A DNA stretch of 64,000 nucleotides from assembly GCA_028534125.1 (NCBI GenBank), contig CM052816.1:100628001-100692000 (forward strand), given 5' to 3'. The notes below the pieces were generated by a model. The model was given only the letters and a program-made list of their open reading frames with translations. It was not told the origin of the DNA and searched no databases. Below, piece after piece: positions 1 to 13,103 of this stretch. Each line of letters begins with the position of its first letter. Position 1 is the first letter of the stretch. The DNA is from Lama glama. Taxonomy: Eukaryota. The position numbers were made by a program, and so were the translations under genes.

Positions 1-2354
1 GGAGCAGCGGGGTGGCTCTCAGGGTTTCGCAGGCAGTGGCTGAGATGCCAGACTCAGACTCTACTGCAAGGACACCTGATCATTGCCTGGGGACGACGCG
101 GGGACAGCAGCTGGGGCACGGCCCGGGGGGAGGGGGCAACCTGGACATGGGTCAGAGGGCCCAGGTCCGCCTCCCATCTCCCACCAACACGTCCTCAGAG
201 GGCATTGTTGGGAGCTGTTCTAGTAACTGCCTTTTCCCGAAATAGACAACCATCCTCCACTTACCATGAAGACATAAATCCAGAATCCAGGCGTCATCAC
301 GGTCTGTGTCTCCCGTGCACACCTTCCTGGATAGTCAAGGTTCTTCCTGACATGCCAGGATCCTTGGTGGAACTTCGCGTCTGCATCCAGGTCTGGCTGA
401 AAATGGAAGCTGACACGCACGACAAGCCTGGCTCGGTCCCTCTCGGTCACGGGTCGATGGCACTTTGCACCTGGCCTGTTCTGTAGCTCTCGGGGTCCTC
501 ACTCTTCTTGACACACACTCTGTTTACTTTTTTTGAAATCACAGAATGCTGACACACCAGCAATAGGATGATCAATTTTAATTTGTTCTATAGATCAATG
601 CTTTGGTCAATACTGTAAACGAAGCCTGCATTTTCCTGTGCTGAGCGGGGGGCATCACGTCCAAGGGAGGGAGAGCATCTCTCCACGGTAGCGAGGAGGC
701 CAGGATGCCGCCTGGGGTCAGAAAAGCTGTGCTTCAGAGCCCACGGGACCAGCTGCCCAGCCAGCTGGCCGTTTCCTGGGAGCACATGGGACACCGGGAT
801 CTCGGGCTCCCAGGACTGTCAGAGCCTCTGAGAGCAGGACCCCCTGCTTCCGGGAACCACCGTGGACCCTGCAGCTGGCAGCCTGGCGGGAACCGTGGAG
901 GGCAGCATGGCCCTCGGGACTTTCTACATAGAAGGTAAAAAGCAGGAGCCGGACGTGGCCCCTCTGTCCCTACTCCAGCCTCCCCAGCGCTTTTGCTGCC
1001 TGGGCCCTGTCGGGCCGAGGGGAGAAGAGCGGTTCCCCGGGTGTCTGTAACTCTAGGCCCCACGATCGGGGGGCAGCAGGCTTTCGGGAGCACGGTCAGA
1101 TGTATGAGTATTGGCACAGCAGTGTAAGGGATCTACAGCGTGACTGCTGAGGCCCCAAGAGGAACGAAAGATGGGCGCACCACCGCCTGCCGTGGGAAGA
1201 CGTGTTCCACCGTGATCATGACTTCCCCCGGACAGAGCAACGCATCTTACAAGTGTAACTCCAGAAGGAAGTTTTAAATCTGGCTGCTTCAGGGCTTTGC
1301 CAAAAGCAAGGGCATTTGGAGAATGGTGCTGACAGTAATGCTGTCCGCGTTTCCAGGAGACCAGGTCATCCACGAGTCCAGCTCAGCGTGAGCGCTGGAA
1401 GGGCCCGTCCTGACAGTATTTACATATGTGGGGGGGGGTTGGGTGTGACGCGCATGTGTGTACATGGGTGTGATGTGTGTGCATGTGTGTTCTTTCCAGC
1501 CATCATAAACTTGCTACTCGGGTTCAAAATCGTGTCCAGAATAAGCAGGCGCTGACCTCTGGAGAGCCCGCCAGGTCTGCACGCGTGTCTTCCGTCCACC
1601 CGCTAAGGTGTCAGGTGAGAGGTGTGATGCAGTCTCCACCCGAGGCAGCCGCACCCTCTTGTCTGGACCCCGCGCTGCGGTCTCACTGTCTCCATCCCTG
1701 GGGGAGGGGGAGGGGCCCGCCCAGAGGAGACCCGCGGTGGCCCTCGCAGTCCAGCCCAGAGATAGACGAGTGAGCCCCGCTGTGCACAGCTCAGCCTTCC
1801 ATCCAATGCCACCTGCTGTTTCATTTCTTATCTGAACCTCTTATCATCATAAAAAAGAGATTTTATTTCACTGCATTTCTCGTCCATCCAATATTGAGAT
1901 GGCGAGTTAGTCTCTTGTCCCCACTTGTGAGTGAGAAAGTGTCTATTTCTGGAAAAGCACTTTGTTGACTCTGGGGAGAAGCTCACTCAAGGGTGTCGAC
2001 CAGCAGGATGCCAGCCATCAAAGGGGCACCCTTAGGAACGACTCCCGTCCGCTCCCCTGCCTTACATGCTGTGGCTTCGTTTACCTCGTAAACAGCTCGG
2101 AGTGGACCCAGAAAATGCCGGCAGCCTGGCGCAGAAAGGGAATTCCACGTTAGCCGTCTGGGCTGGACTGGATCCGTGAGCGTCAGATACTCAGTTGGCA
2201 AGATGATCTCGTTAGGGGGTGGACTGAACTACGCAGGGGCCCCTGATGTGGATTCTGGAGGAGATTATTCAAAAGTAGTTAGAATAGATTTTGTTTTGTA
2301 GAAAACTGAGTTAATCAAGTGGTGACAGCATGTTTATGAGACATGGGTCCCCGG

Positions 2355-2466
2355 TATCGCAAATACTCAGCAAGACTGACCGAGTGCTGGTCACACGCCA
2401 AGCACGTCTGGGTCCCGGGGTGCAGCTGTGGCGACAGCACACGCCCCAGACCTCATAATCCAGTGC
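2355..2466 (-). mobile_element. L2 LINE 3' end fragment, highly diverged
   Basis: caaatactcagcaagactgaccgagtgctggtcacacgccaagcacgtctgggtcccggggtgcagctgtg resembles the antisense L2 tail (ttcaacaaatatttattgagcacctactatgtgccaggcactgttctaggcactggggatacagcagtg). Confidence 0.5.
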
Positions 2467-2998
2467 AATTTATTCCCCATTTAGAGTAACTTCTCTCCGT
2501 AGCGCCTTTATTACTAGTTCCTTGTTGTGTTCCTGTGGTTATCATATTCCAACTTACAAAAAGCACTAAGATGGAGCCCTGCTAACTTGGCGTCACTGCC
2601 TGCCTGACGGCCATCTGCGCACGGGCAACATGCTCCTTAGTGCACCCGGCGTTCTGGGAGGGGGGCCCGCTTGAGAGAATCCAACTCACGCTCACAAAGC
2701 TGGTAAGGAGCGAGGCTTCCCTCGCTTTATCAACACGTGTGCAGGGTTTCTTTAACAGCAGCGGTATCGTTGGGATCCAATTATGATCCAGTTTGCATAA
2801 ATCACTCCCCCAGGTTCCACAGACAGCATCAGGGCCCGCGCGTCATGCGACTGGGGTGAGAGTCAGCTCTGGGCCACTGCGGGAGGGGAGGCACCTCGTG
2901 GGCTCAAGCCTTACCCGAGCCTGCAGCCGAGCGGACACAACAGCTCATCACCAAAGGCCTGTCGTCACCGGCAATCTCGTGGTCTGTCTCCGAAGTCC

Positions 2999-3108
2999 TG
3001 GGATGACCAAACGTCTCTACCTGGTGAGGACAGAGAGAGATGTTTGGGATGCGGGTTTCAGTGCCAAAACCGGCAGCATCCAGGCATCGGGACATGGCGG
3101 TCACTCCA
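2999..3108 (+). mobile_element. MER81 (hAT-Blackjack non-autonomous DNA transposon), near full length
   Basis: Imperfect terminal inverted repeats tgggatgaccaa...gcggtcactcca and internal gggatgcgggtttcagtgccaaaaccgg match the ~114-bp MER81 consensus (TAGGGTGACCAAC...GGGACTTTCAGTGCTAAAACCGGG...GGTCACCCTA). Confidence 0.8.
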
Positions 3109-3249
3109 CTCCCAACACAACCTGTTGGTCAAGCATGTCACTAAGCACCTCAGAGCCCCGAGGAGGGAGCCGGGAGGGGCCGTGACGATGCTGTGTCTGT
3201 CCACCCTTGGCCACACGTCCCGTGAAGGACCTCCTGGCCACGAGGAAGA

Positions 3250-3520
3250 TACTCTTCATGGAGAAGACTCATCATTGCAAAGGTAACATTCTCCCCAGAG
3301 CACCCTGTGAACTTGATACAAGTGCAATTCGGACCTCAACAGCGCGCTTCTGGGGGGAGACAAAACTCAAGAACACCCGGTAGCTGTGTGGACACGTCAT
3401 GCGGAAGCTAGAAGTGGGATTTACAGAGGAAAGACGGAAGGACTAACACAGCCTGCTTAAAAACTGATTATTCACGTGGAAACGTAACAAAACTAGATTC
3501 CCACGCTATACCACTGTGAC
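3250..3520 (+). mobile_element. Ancient L1 (L1ME-like) ORF2 fragment
   Basis: catggagaagactcatcattgcaaaggtaacattctccccagag...ttgataca resembles L1 catggataggaagactcaatattgttaagatgtcaattctccccaaa; later aaactagattcccac...ataccac resembles a downstream ORF2 segment. Confidence 0.6.
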
Positions 3521-3598
3521 GTAGTTTAGATCATTTAGCAGTCAAAATGGAGTCACTGTGCTCAGGCCTGCGAACGGAGCCCGGGGCCGCCGTGGGTG

Positions 3599-3632
3599 GG
3601 GCTCGCACACCATCCGGGCTCGCACACCATCC
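3599..3632 (+). repeat. Perfect 17-bp tandem duplication (gggctcgcacaccatcc x2)
   Basis: Read directly: 3599-3615 and 3616-3632 are identical. Confidence 0.95.
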
Positions 3633-4029
3633 TGTCTCGCCCAGAACTGGAATTTCCTGAACCGTATCGAACTCAAGGGCACCACCAGCCGTTCTCAAAG
3701 CAGTGTCTGCGCCCAGCTGCCAGCGGCACCCGTGTGGGCTCAAGGTCGCCCCTTGCCACCGTGCGACTGCTCCGGACCCCAGCCAGTGCTGCTCAGCGAG
3801 CGCCCTTACTTCTCACAGCTCCAGGCCTCACTCCTGACGGACAGCTCTGGGCCTGGCTGGGTTTTGCCTGCGCAAGACCCCAGCCCCTCGATGGTCTGGG
3901 GACCACAGTCCAAGGGCTCCCTGACCGTCCCCTGGGCTGCAGGCTTCAGCATGGCTTGAGTAAAGCTCCTTGTTCTTCACTGTGGATTGTTCACTGATTA
4001 CTTGTGTCAACACCGCACAGGAAACCACA

Positions 4030-4700
4030 CCGTAAAAGCTCAGCGTGAAAGGTGCTGCCTTAAAGCACTTTGAAGATAATGCAGGCAGTTACCTTTACGA
4101 TTTTGAGAGTAAGAAACAATTTCCTCAAGAAGACAAAAAAGCAGGAAAAAGAAAGCAAGACAGTAAAGAAAAAAAGAGAAACTTTTCAATGCATTAAAGT
4201 GAAAAGCTTTGGTCAAAAAATGTACCAGAAACTTACACTGTGGTGATGTAAGTGACGGGAGAGTGGTGTCCTGGCGTACAGAGGCGCCTCCCACGGCGTG
4301 CAGTCTCACGAGAGCGCACGAAGGAAAACACAACAGGAGAGAAAGCCAAGGCATAAAGCACACAGGTTTAGCAGAGGACACTGACGCCAGTCAGAGAAGT
4401 GATACTTAAGGTTATCAGGTCACACGCACCAGTTTGGCAAAAATGTTTAACTCTGATCCCAGAAGTAGCGCTGAGAAAGTGGGGGGCGGGCACCTCGCGC
4501 CCTCCGGGTGGGCGTGTCAGCTGCTGAGGCAACGGCGAGTCTGAGGAGATCCTTATACGTTTCCAGGGGTGTGTCCTGTCTGCTTCAGCGTGGTCTGAGA
4601 TTGAGAAAAACTTAGAACCAATGCGAATACCTTGCCAAAGAGCAGTGGATAAGTAATTACACGGTGTTCGTGTAGGGAGATGCTTCCCAGGGGTCCAAAC
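4030..4700 (+). mobile_element. Ancient L1 (L1ME-like) ORF2 3' region/3' UTR
   Basis: taaagcactttgaagataatgcagg, caccagtttggcaaaaatgtttaa and cttgccaaagagcagtggataagtaattacacggtgttcgtgtagggagatg occur in L1 3'-end order; A-rich on +. Confidence 0.65.
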
Positions 4701-4716
4701 AGGGGCTGCATCTGGG

Positions 4717-4910
4717 CAGGGTCTGCAGACAGGAGCCCCCGAGCCGACTTGGACCGGCTGCCTGTTTTTGTAAGTAAAGTTTGATTGGCACACAGCCGAC
4801 CCCGCTAGTTCACATACCGCCCACGGCCGCGTCCGTGTTACAAGTGCACACGAGTGGCTGCCACAAAGCCTCACACAGTGATTGTCTGGCCCCTCCCAGA
4901 GAGCCTAAAG
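4717..4910 (+). mobile_element. MER58A (hAT-Charlie non-autonomous DNA transposon)
   Basis: ggctgcctgtttttgtaagtaaagtttgattggcacacagcc and caaagcctcacacagtgattgtctggccc match MER58A (GCCTGTTTTTGTAAATAAAGTTTTATTGGAACACAGCC; CAAAGCCTAAAATATTTACTATCTGGCCC). Confidence 0.85.
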
Positions 4911-5769
4911 CATCAGCATCTCAAAACGCAGCCCGGGACTAGCGAGACTCAACGCAGGACCCTGTGCTGCCGAAGGCCCTGTGCTGCGCAGCCTGTGTGC
5001 AGCGAGGTCTGCGTGCGCGCCGTCCACGCGGAGCGGAGGGCCGTGCGAGAGACACCCGGGATTGCTGGTGCTGGGTGAGCAGAGCGAGCCCGGCGACGAG
5101 CCCTGCGGCGGGCGCACTGGTGGCTGCCCCGGGGACCGGGCTCTACGACGGGGCTGAGGGGGCTGTCACCACCTCCATCATGTTTCTATGTCTTTTAAAA
5201 AGATGCCTAATACGAGCAAATCACAGGGTTTGAGATGGAAACGTGTTGGGTCTGATGTGTCACGAGATCTCTCTCTAGACTTTTCACCAGCAAATGGGCT
5301 ACAGGAGGCGGTCCGGGAATCGGGGCACAGGGGCGGGTGCAGTGCGTGCTGTCCACTCGAGGAAAGGGGTCTGTCACCTGCCATGCGGGGAAGCAGCCCC
5401 CAGGCTCGATCTGGTTCATTTACTTTTACAGAGTGATTTTCAAAGGTCTTTCAAAGACAAGAAACGAGCAGACATAGGTAACCAAACAGAAGCGGGCTTA
5501 ACCTGGATTAACTACACCAACCTGGAAAGCACCTGCGTGTTCCACTGGGAAGTGGCACCGAGGGCTGGAGAGGTGAACGGACCCATTTGGATTTTCCGTC
5601 CGCTTGCTGGTCATCTCCACCCACGTGGGCACGTGTCGGTAAGAAGTCACACCCCTTCACCCGCGTGATGATGTGCATTTCACCCCAGGGACATCCTTGC
5701 GATGGAGGGTGAGAGGGTGCACGCGGAGCAGGGCAAATTCAGAGCAGAACTTGGACGTGACGGTTCCTA

Positions 5770-6112
5770 CTTGCCACAGGTGGAGACAGAGATTGCAGTT
5801 GAGACTACTCTCTGGGGGTGCCCTTGGGTTGGCCGCTGGAGAAGGTGCAGGAGAACGCAGGGCCGGGCCGCCTCCATGAAGGCTGCGGCTGAGCCCTTGG
5901 CCAGCTCAGAAGGGAGGTGCTTGGCGCGGGGGACAGTGGCCCCCGGAAGGAGATGTGACGTGGGTGTGTGGGGTGTCTGCTCTTCTGAGGGGATTCCTAC
6001 AGATGGCTGACCTCTGAGGGCTGTCTGCGGGCCTCACTCCTGGGAAATTCATTCTCCATACCCTCACCCGGGAAGGACATCTGGGTGAGACCTCCAGTGC
6101 CAGTGACACCAG
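5770..6112 (-). mobile_element. ERVL-type solo LTR remnant (LTR16-like)
   Basis: gaggggattcctacagatggctgacctctgagggctgtctgc...ggacatctgggtgagacctccagtg resembles the antisense LTR16 terminus (gagggcaattcc...gagagctgtcagc...ggatctgggcggcacaccacagc). Confidence 0.5.
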
Positions 6113-7389
6113 CCTTATTATCTAAGCAATGGAAATCTGGGTTCATAGAAAGTCCTAAAGCACTCGACACTTTACAAACTAAGATTAACTTAAGATGAAC
6201 GACTTTCAGGAAGGCGTGGGAACATAAACCCAGCGCTCCTGCCATTCAGAACATCCCCTAGACCTTTCATCAGAGGTCAGTTCTGTCTTCTTGTGTTTTG
6301 TGGGGCACCTGCTGGTGGGAAGTCATTTTGGTTATTAGAGAAGTTGTACGGAGCTCACATTTGAGGGTCCAAGTGGTCCATCTGCATTCGGACCTCGGGC
6401 TCCAGGGCGGTGCTGCCAGCTGGACAGTGGCCGGGCAGTCTTCTCCTTTCCACCCCTGGCCCCGAGCCCAGAGCAGTGATGCTCTCCTGCGGGATCCTGC
6501 CCTCACTGGGCCCCCAAGCTCCAGCCAAGTGTGGTGAGGAAAGTGTGGGCTTGGAAAGGACCAGCCTGGGTCCAACTCCATGCCTCCCTCTGCCCTCAGC
6601 AGCCGAGGACTTTCCTAGCCTCTGGGGTGCAAGTTTTCTCACCACGTAATCTGGAGTTGATGCTGGAGTCTTCCTAGAGCAGGTTTAGGTCCACTACATG
6701 ACAGCACTGCGATGTCCACTGAGGAGCGGTTACAGACCGATGCAAGTCTCCTGGTGGCCCCGCCTTTGAAATGCTGCTGGATTTTCCCGCCTCATTTGAA
6801 ATCATCAGTTGCCCTTGCACCACTCACTAAACAATTATTTCCCAAAATAGTTGGACATGCTTTTTCAAATGTGCAAATACACGCCCCAGAGGCAGCCCTC
6901 CGTTCTGCTCTGTGACTGCTTCTCCACACCTGCGCCTGCACCACGGCCAATCCGTCGCTCCCCTTGGCCCCATCGGGTTCTAGGATGAACTGGAATTCAG
7001 CTTTGGGGTTGGCCGCTTCAGCAGAGCCTTGACCTTGAACTCTGGTGTCCTCCATGCTTCAGGGTCCACTCTGCGGACACCCTGGTCTGCTGTCTGAGGC
7101 CGCTGTCCTCGCCTCTAGGCCTAAGGGTATTTCTTGAGAGACCCCTGGAAGATGCCTGACGTCCCCACAGCGTGTCCTCAGTGCTCCGTCCTCTCCTTTC
7201 TCCAGCATATTTCCCACAAAGCTTTGCTGCTTCCACCGAGGTGCCCCCGCCCTTGCCCTTCAATGTGTGTCCTAGATTTTATCCAGGAAACCAGGGTAGT
7301 TCGCTGTCCTGTGTGTATCAGAGTCTCTTCCGTTCCCCTCGGGTGGTTCTCCCATCGCTTCCTGGATCCTTGTCCCTCCTCCTCTCAGG

Positions 7390-8310
7390 GCGGCACCCCC
7401 ACATCCTCCCTGGCCGGGAAGGGCGCGCTTCAGGGCACATCCGGACGCCAGAGGCTCGGGTCTCTCCCAACACCCGATCCCATCAGGCTCCACCTTCTCC
7501 CCCTTGACATGCCCCACTGGGCCCCGCTGCCTCTGCCAGCCCCTCCCAGTGTCTCCTTCCTCTCAAGATGAGCTTCTCAGCACAAGGTCTAAGAAACCGA
7601 TTCTCCATCGACTGCTCCTTGACTTCTGTGGCCCGACTTCCCCTCCCTCATTACCCTTGCCCTCTCCTCCCGAGGGTCACCTGCAGCTCCGGACCCACCG
7701 TCCTGTCCTCTGTCTGCATCCTGAGCCTCCGGTCCTGAGCCATGGATCCTGTGATGACCTTTGCCAGGAACCGCCCTCCTCCCCACACTCCCAGCCTGAC
7801 ACCTGCTCCTGGTTTCTAATCCTGGGCCAGGACGTCTGTGTCTCGTCCAAGCCCACTTAGACACGCCACCGCTCACGTGGGCTCCTCAGCCTCCTCTCTG
7901 CTTTTACTCCAACTCTGAATTGTCTGAATGACTCTCCCGCCTTCAAACAATCCCTCGAGAACAATTATTCTTAGTGCCACAGCTCCAATCCCACGCTCTC
8001 CTGACTCTCAGGCCTTTGTTTGCGATACCTCTAGCAAATTTCCACTCAGATGCCTCAGCCTAGACCCAGCATGTCAAGAACTGAACATATTTCCACCCGT
8101 GGTCTCCTCTACGACCGAAATTCCGACTTCCTTCAAGAGGAATAGTTTTCAGGTGTGAACGTGTGACCTCACGTCTGTACCACCCCCCACAGAGTGTGGA
8201 TTTCTAGAAACAAGAGTTATGCCCCTTTCCCATTTTAAATGTGTGACTGGGGTTTTACACGAGGAAACTCTGCGTGTCTCAAGATACCTGTTGGACTAAC
8301 TCAGCAACTA
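7390..8310 (+). mobile_element. L2 LINE fragments including 3' end
   Basis: Pyrimidine-rich L2-like blocks (cccacttagacacgccacc; cccagcatgtcaagaactgaac), ending in ctcaagatacctgttggactaact, which resembles ctcaataaatatttgttgaatgaat. Confidence 0.55.
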
Positions 8311-11300
8311 AACCTGTGTCTTCTTTCAACTTCAGGGCCACGAACCCAGGAAACACAGTGAGAAGCTTGCCTGCGGCCCTCACCCCGGCCTCCTCCCTTC
8401 CTGGTGCACAGAGTCTGTGCTGCGTGTGGCTGTGTGCGCTCACGTGAGCGTGAACTTTCCCGCAGGGACTTTGTGATCGTGCACGTCTCTGCAGTTGGTT
8501 TTAATCCATCACGCAGCCCGTTGTGAACCGACTGGACGTTTCCTCTTAATCACCGCCCTTCAGCAGTCTGCCATCAGCCTGCGCGAGGTGGCGCCCACAC
8601 CCTCATCAAGGACGCCGACTCACCGTGGGGCAGGGTCTGCGAGCATCACCAGGTATCGGGCCCCTCCTCCAGGCTGGTGCAGACCCACTGTGTCCTCCCT
8701 CGGGGGAAGGTGCAGAGGGTGTGCTGAAAGCCACGTCCTGGAGGGGCAGCAGACGCTGTGCATTGAAAGCTGGTTAAGTGCGGACACGCCCACCTCATCG
8801 CATTCCTACAGGCGACGGTGTGGCCGTTCTAGCCGCAGCACACGGAGAAGGACCTCAGGACTGGTTCCTGTGGTTCCAGGGCCACTCACCCCTTTCGTCA
8901 CACTCCTGCTTGAATCATACTTACCAACCAAAGGCGGTCATTCAGTTTCCCAAAACAGCTGCGCGTGGCCCCCTCACAGTTTTTGTTCCATCCAGCCAGC
9001 TTGTCTGGGACACCCCTCGGCTCCCCTCTGCCGGACCCTCACGCTCTCCCCAGCGATGGCCCTGCCCATCCTGCCGCGCAGCTTCAAGCGTTTTCCACAT
9101 TCGCCCAGTCTCTGCTCTCAGGCCACAGAGCAGAGCTGGCGGGGTTACATTCTAGGTGGTTATGAGGGAAACGGAACGAGGTGCACAGAGCGTTCACGTC
9201 ACTGCCCGCGGCGCAGAAGCTCAGTGAAGGTCAGCGTCCAGGCCTTCCCCCGAGTGGCCGCGACCACGGCCTCGAGGGGCGCTGCTCTCGGGCCGCCCAT
9301 TTGCTCGCAGCGCTGATTGTCTATTACCATGAGCGCTCCTCAAAGCACTTCGTTACTACGTTTATTTGTTTGCAAGAGCTCATGCCCGACCAGCCTAGGA
9401 GCTTCCTGGAAGCAAGAAGTGGAAACGCCTCATGGGCCCCGAGAGCGTCCAGCACGCTGCTTTCATGCGGTGTCTCCAGAACCCCAGCCTTTGCGTGCAA
9501 GACGATAGCCATTCATATCATTGTGTGCGCCAACTAACTATAACCAAGACAAAATCCATATTCTGTAAAATGTGAGAAATCATAGAGAAACATGTATAAA
9601 GAAATACAAATTACTTACAATCCTGCAACTGAGTACTTCAGAGCAAGCAGAATACAACATACATGAGTTTTTGTCTGTTTTATATAACATGTATCATGTA
9701 TGTATACATCTGGATTGTGATTACATAGAGGAGTACATTTATCAAATATATAAAACTATGTAGCTACAATTGTTCACATTTTACAGAATTAACTGTGGTT
9801 TTTATAATTATGATGAGGGAACACATGCTATTAAATGGCGCAGAAACACAGAGAATCCTTGGATTTGAAAGTTCAGGTTCTCGCGTGTGCACTCGGGCCA
9901 GCGCCGGCCGCGTGGCGGGACCGACCCTCTGCCTGCCGATGGAAGGGAGAAGGCGCAGGCAGGAGAAGGGAAGGCCCAGACACAGACTCTGACACACAGA
10001 CGCTGATTTGCGACAACACACACCGACAATGCCCAACAGAAGGAAAGCCGCGGAGCGCCCCTCCCCACCCTGGAGACCGCGGCTCCAGGGCTCTGGCGCC
10101 ACGGGAACCGGACGGGCCCGCCGCGAGGCCCCTTGCCCCGTGGGCACAGAGACGCTTTGATGCCGGACAGCGGGTCCAGCACGTAGGTAACGTCAGTCCT
10201 TAAGGCTCTAAAACAAAGGTGTCTGTTCATCCCCTTGAGGGACAGAGACGATGCTGTTTTTAAAGCCTTCATTCCTGAACACGTGTGTCTGGCCAGCCCC
10301 GGGCTCAGGGAGGACGGAGCTGACGGGCTGCTCCGCGCGCCGACAAGGAGAGGCACTGGGCAGGTGGAGTCCTCGGAAGCGGCGGGGCAGGGCCCCCTTC
10401 TGGACACGATCCATCCGAGGAAGCCCAGGTGTGGGAGGCCCCACGGGAAAGGAAGAGGGCAGGAGCGGGGCGGAGTGGGGAGATGGGATGCAGGAGGGTC
10501 CCCGGGGCTGTGTGCTGCTGTCCCCATCGCCCCGGGTGAAGCACCAATCCGTACGTAGCGCCCTGTTTCACGAATGCCGTCCAACAGCCGACCGCCGACG
10601 GACACCTGTCGGTGGCTGACAGCCCGTTCTCCCTTCAGCAAAGGGCGCAGAGGAGACGTAGCTCCTCCTGCTAAACACCCACAGGCGCTTGGGGTTTCAC
10701 TTCAGCCCCAGACTCTGAGGCTTATTTTCACACTACGTGTCATTAACGAATCCTGATAGAAAGACAGCAAAGGTGTTTTCCTCGCCTTTGTTACCTCTCA
10801 CCCCGTAAGCTTTTGGAAGTTGGAAGGGAGCCCCGCTCACGGCGATTGTACACAATGTGAACCAAGTCAGAGACCCCTCCTGCTCCAGCGACGAGCTCAG
10901 GCGCCAGGGACATGTTCCTCACGCTCGGCTCAGCTCAGACGCAGGCATGGTGGCTCACTCTAAACTCAGCTCCCCGATCTCAGGGTGCCCGATCTGGGTT
11001 TTCCAACAGTTACCTTGTGTTAATTCTGGTAAAAATGAGGGACCGATGTCCACGTTCTGGGACTCCACTGTGAGTGCGCCCAAGGCAAAGGGTGGCAGGG
11101 GCGCCGATGTGGCCACACCTGGGGCAGCCGGACCCCCCACAGCAGCCAGGAGCTCAAGGGGTCTGTTCGGAGGTGTGGTGCAGTCCGATCTAAACACCTG
11201 CGGATGCACTGAGGGTGCCTCTCCTCCTGTAAACTGGAGCAGGTCAAAGGGTGGTGAGGCAATGATACTTCACTCCCTGACCTGCATTCCGGAATATTCC

Positions 11301-12751
11301 CTGGAAAGGGAGAGAAATTGCTGGGCGGGCAGCGCTGACCTTCCCTGGCCAGAGCAGGGGCCGCTCCCTGGGCTGGGATGCAGGGCCTGTGCTTGCACAC
11401 CTCCGGCCCCTCTGTAGTCGCTCCCCTCGCTGCCAACTTGGTGTCACATGCGTCCCTGTCCAGAGCTCCCATGGCACCTGCCTGCTTCTCTCTGGAAACC
11501 TCCTGGCCCTGAAGAGGGGGAGCAGGACTGTGTCGGTGGCTAGCAGCAGCTGCCCTCCGTCAGCGCATCCTCCACGGACACTGGGGGAGCGAGGCCCGCC
11601 GTAGGGCCCGGAGCCATGTCTCTGGTCTGACTGAGAGTGCAGCTTCGCAAAGTAGTGCTGTCTCGCACCAGAGGATGGGGCTTGGGAGGAACTCCTGGGC
11701 ATTCATATTTTTCTAAATAATGGTCAAGTTTAACTGGCAAAATTGTTACTCCCCTCCTTGCCTGTGTGGACACCTGACTGTGTGGGACTGAGTGTATTTC
11801 CACACTGACATCTGCGTGTGTTTGTCTGTTTGTGAGTTTCCCTTCATTCCCTTCTGGGAAATTTTGGTTGGCGCTCCCAGTCTGCTGATGGAAGCCAGCG
11901 CTGCATCTCTGGAGCTGGAGAACAGCCGATGGGCAGCAGGGATCGGGGGCCCCTCGCCTGCCTGATGGGCTCCCACACCTCGCCAGGCCACCCACTGGCA
12001 GGCCCACCTTCCCTGCCGTGTGAGTTGTGACTGTACGGGACCCGGGAAATGGAGTGAGCCGAGCACGGAAGCCCTGAGCTGCACTGGGTCCTCACCACCC
12101 TCTGGTGTGCGAGAGCCACAGTCGTGCCCTGGGACCCAGAGCCCCCATGCAGGTCCACGGGCCGGTGTCCCCAAGCCCAGGTCTCAGGCGAGGTTGTGGG
12201 CACATGGGTTAATTCTCGCTGTCAGGACACTGGAGAGCCTTTGCGGACTTGCTTCAAATAAAGCGTGATTCCAGCCAGCAGGGACCCGGCGTGGCCGCAG
12301 CCATGCGCTCCGCCGTCTTCAGCGCCGCGGGCGCTGGCGTGGGCATCTCTTCATTTGTGGACACAAGAGGCAGGGCGCCTGGGGCTGGCCTCCCTCCTCT
12401 CCGCTGACCTGCTGGCTGGCGCCTCCTGACCTGTGGCACCTCCAGTTGGTACCCGATCAGTCCAGCCGAAATTAAAGAGATGCATTTGTATTTGCTTTAA
12501 CACTCTTTCACTCTGACGTCCTTGGCCGTGACCTTTCAGTATTGGATTTGGCTGCTGACAACCGGCTGCCTGCCAGATTGCTTCACTCATAAATAATGAA
12601 GCACCTTGAGAGGCTGGATCCGGCTGCATGGAGGGCTGGGCAGGGGTCCGGCCCCTGCCCACCTCCTCCCTGGGCCCCGCTCCAAGTGGAGAAGCCATCC
12701 TGCTTTTTGTGCGTTTGTTTTACTGTCAGGATATTTGTTTTGTAGGGTTGA

Positions 12752-13103
12752 TTTTTAATTTTTCATTGCAATAGAATTTGTGGAACATGAAACTGACCAA
12801 CTAAACCTTTCCTAAGTGAACCACTCGGTGGCATTAAGTGGATTCAAAATGTGTAACCATCATCACTGTTCCCAGAACTGTTTCATCACCCTGAACAAAA
12901 GCTTTGTACACCCTGAATAGTGACACCCCCTCCCCTCCACAGCGCCCGGGGTCTCTGCTGTACCTCTAACTCCACGAACTTTCCTACTCTAGGCATTTCA
13001 TATAACTGGAATTGTGCAGCATCTGTCCTTTTAGGTCTGGCTCTTTTTACTCAGTGTAATGTTTTCAAGGTTCATCCGTGTCTTGGCATGAATCAGGACT
13101 TCA
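12752..13103 (-). mobile_element. L1MB-like 3' UTR fragment
   Basis: aagtgaaccactcggtggcattaagtggattcaaaatgtgtaaccatcatcact...ccagaactgtttcatcaccc...ctctaggcatttcatataactggaatt...aatgttttcaaggttcatccgtgt is the typical antisense L1MB tail. Confidence 0.85.

Noticed and set aside
3770..3960. Possible MLT1 LTR fragment splitting the L1ME remnant
   Set aside because: Similarity too weak to call by eye.
8495..9316. 273-aa ORF (also 9808-10641, 51333-52115, 54226-55017)
   Set aside because: No known protein similarity that I can recognise; non-ATG starts and low-complexity composition.
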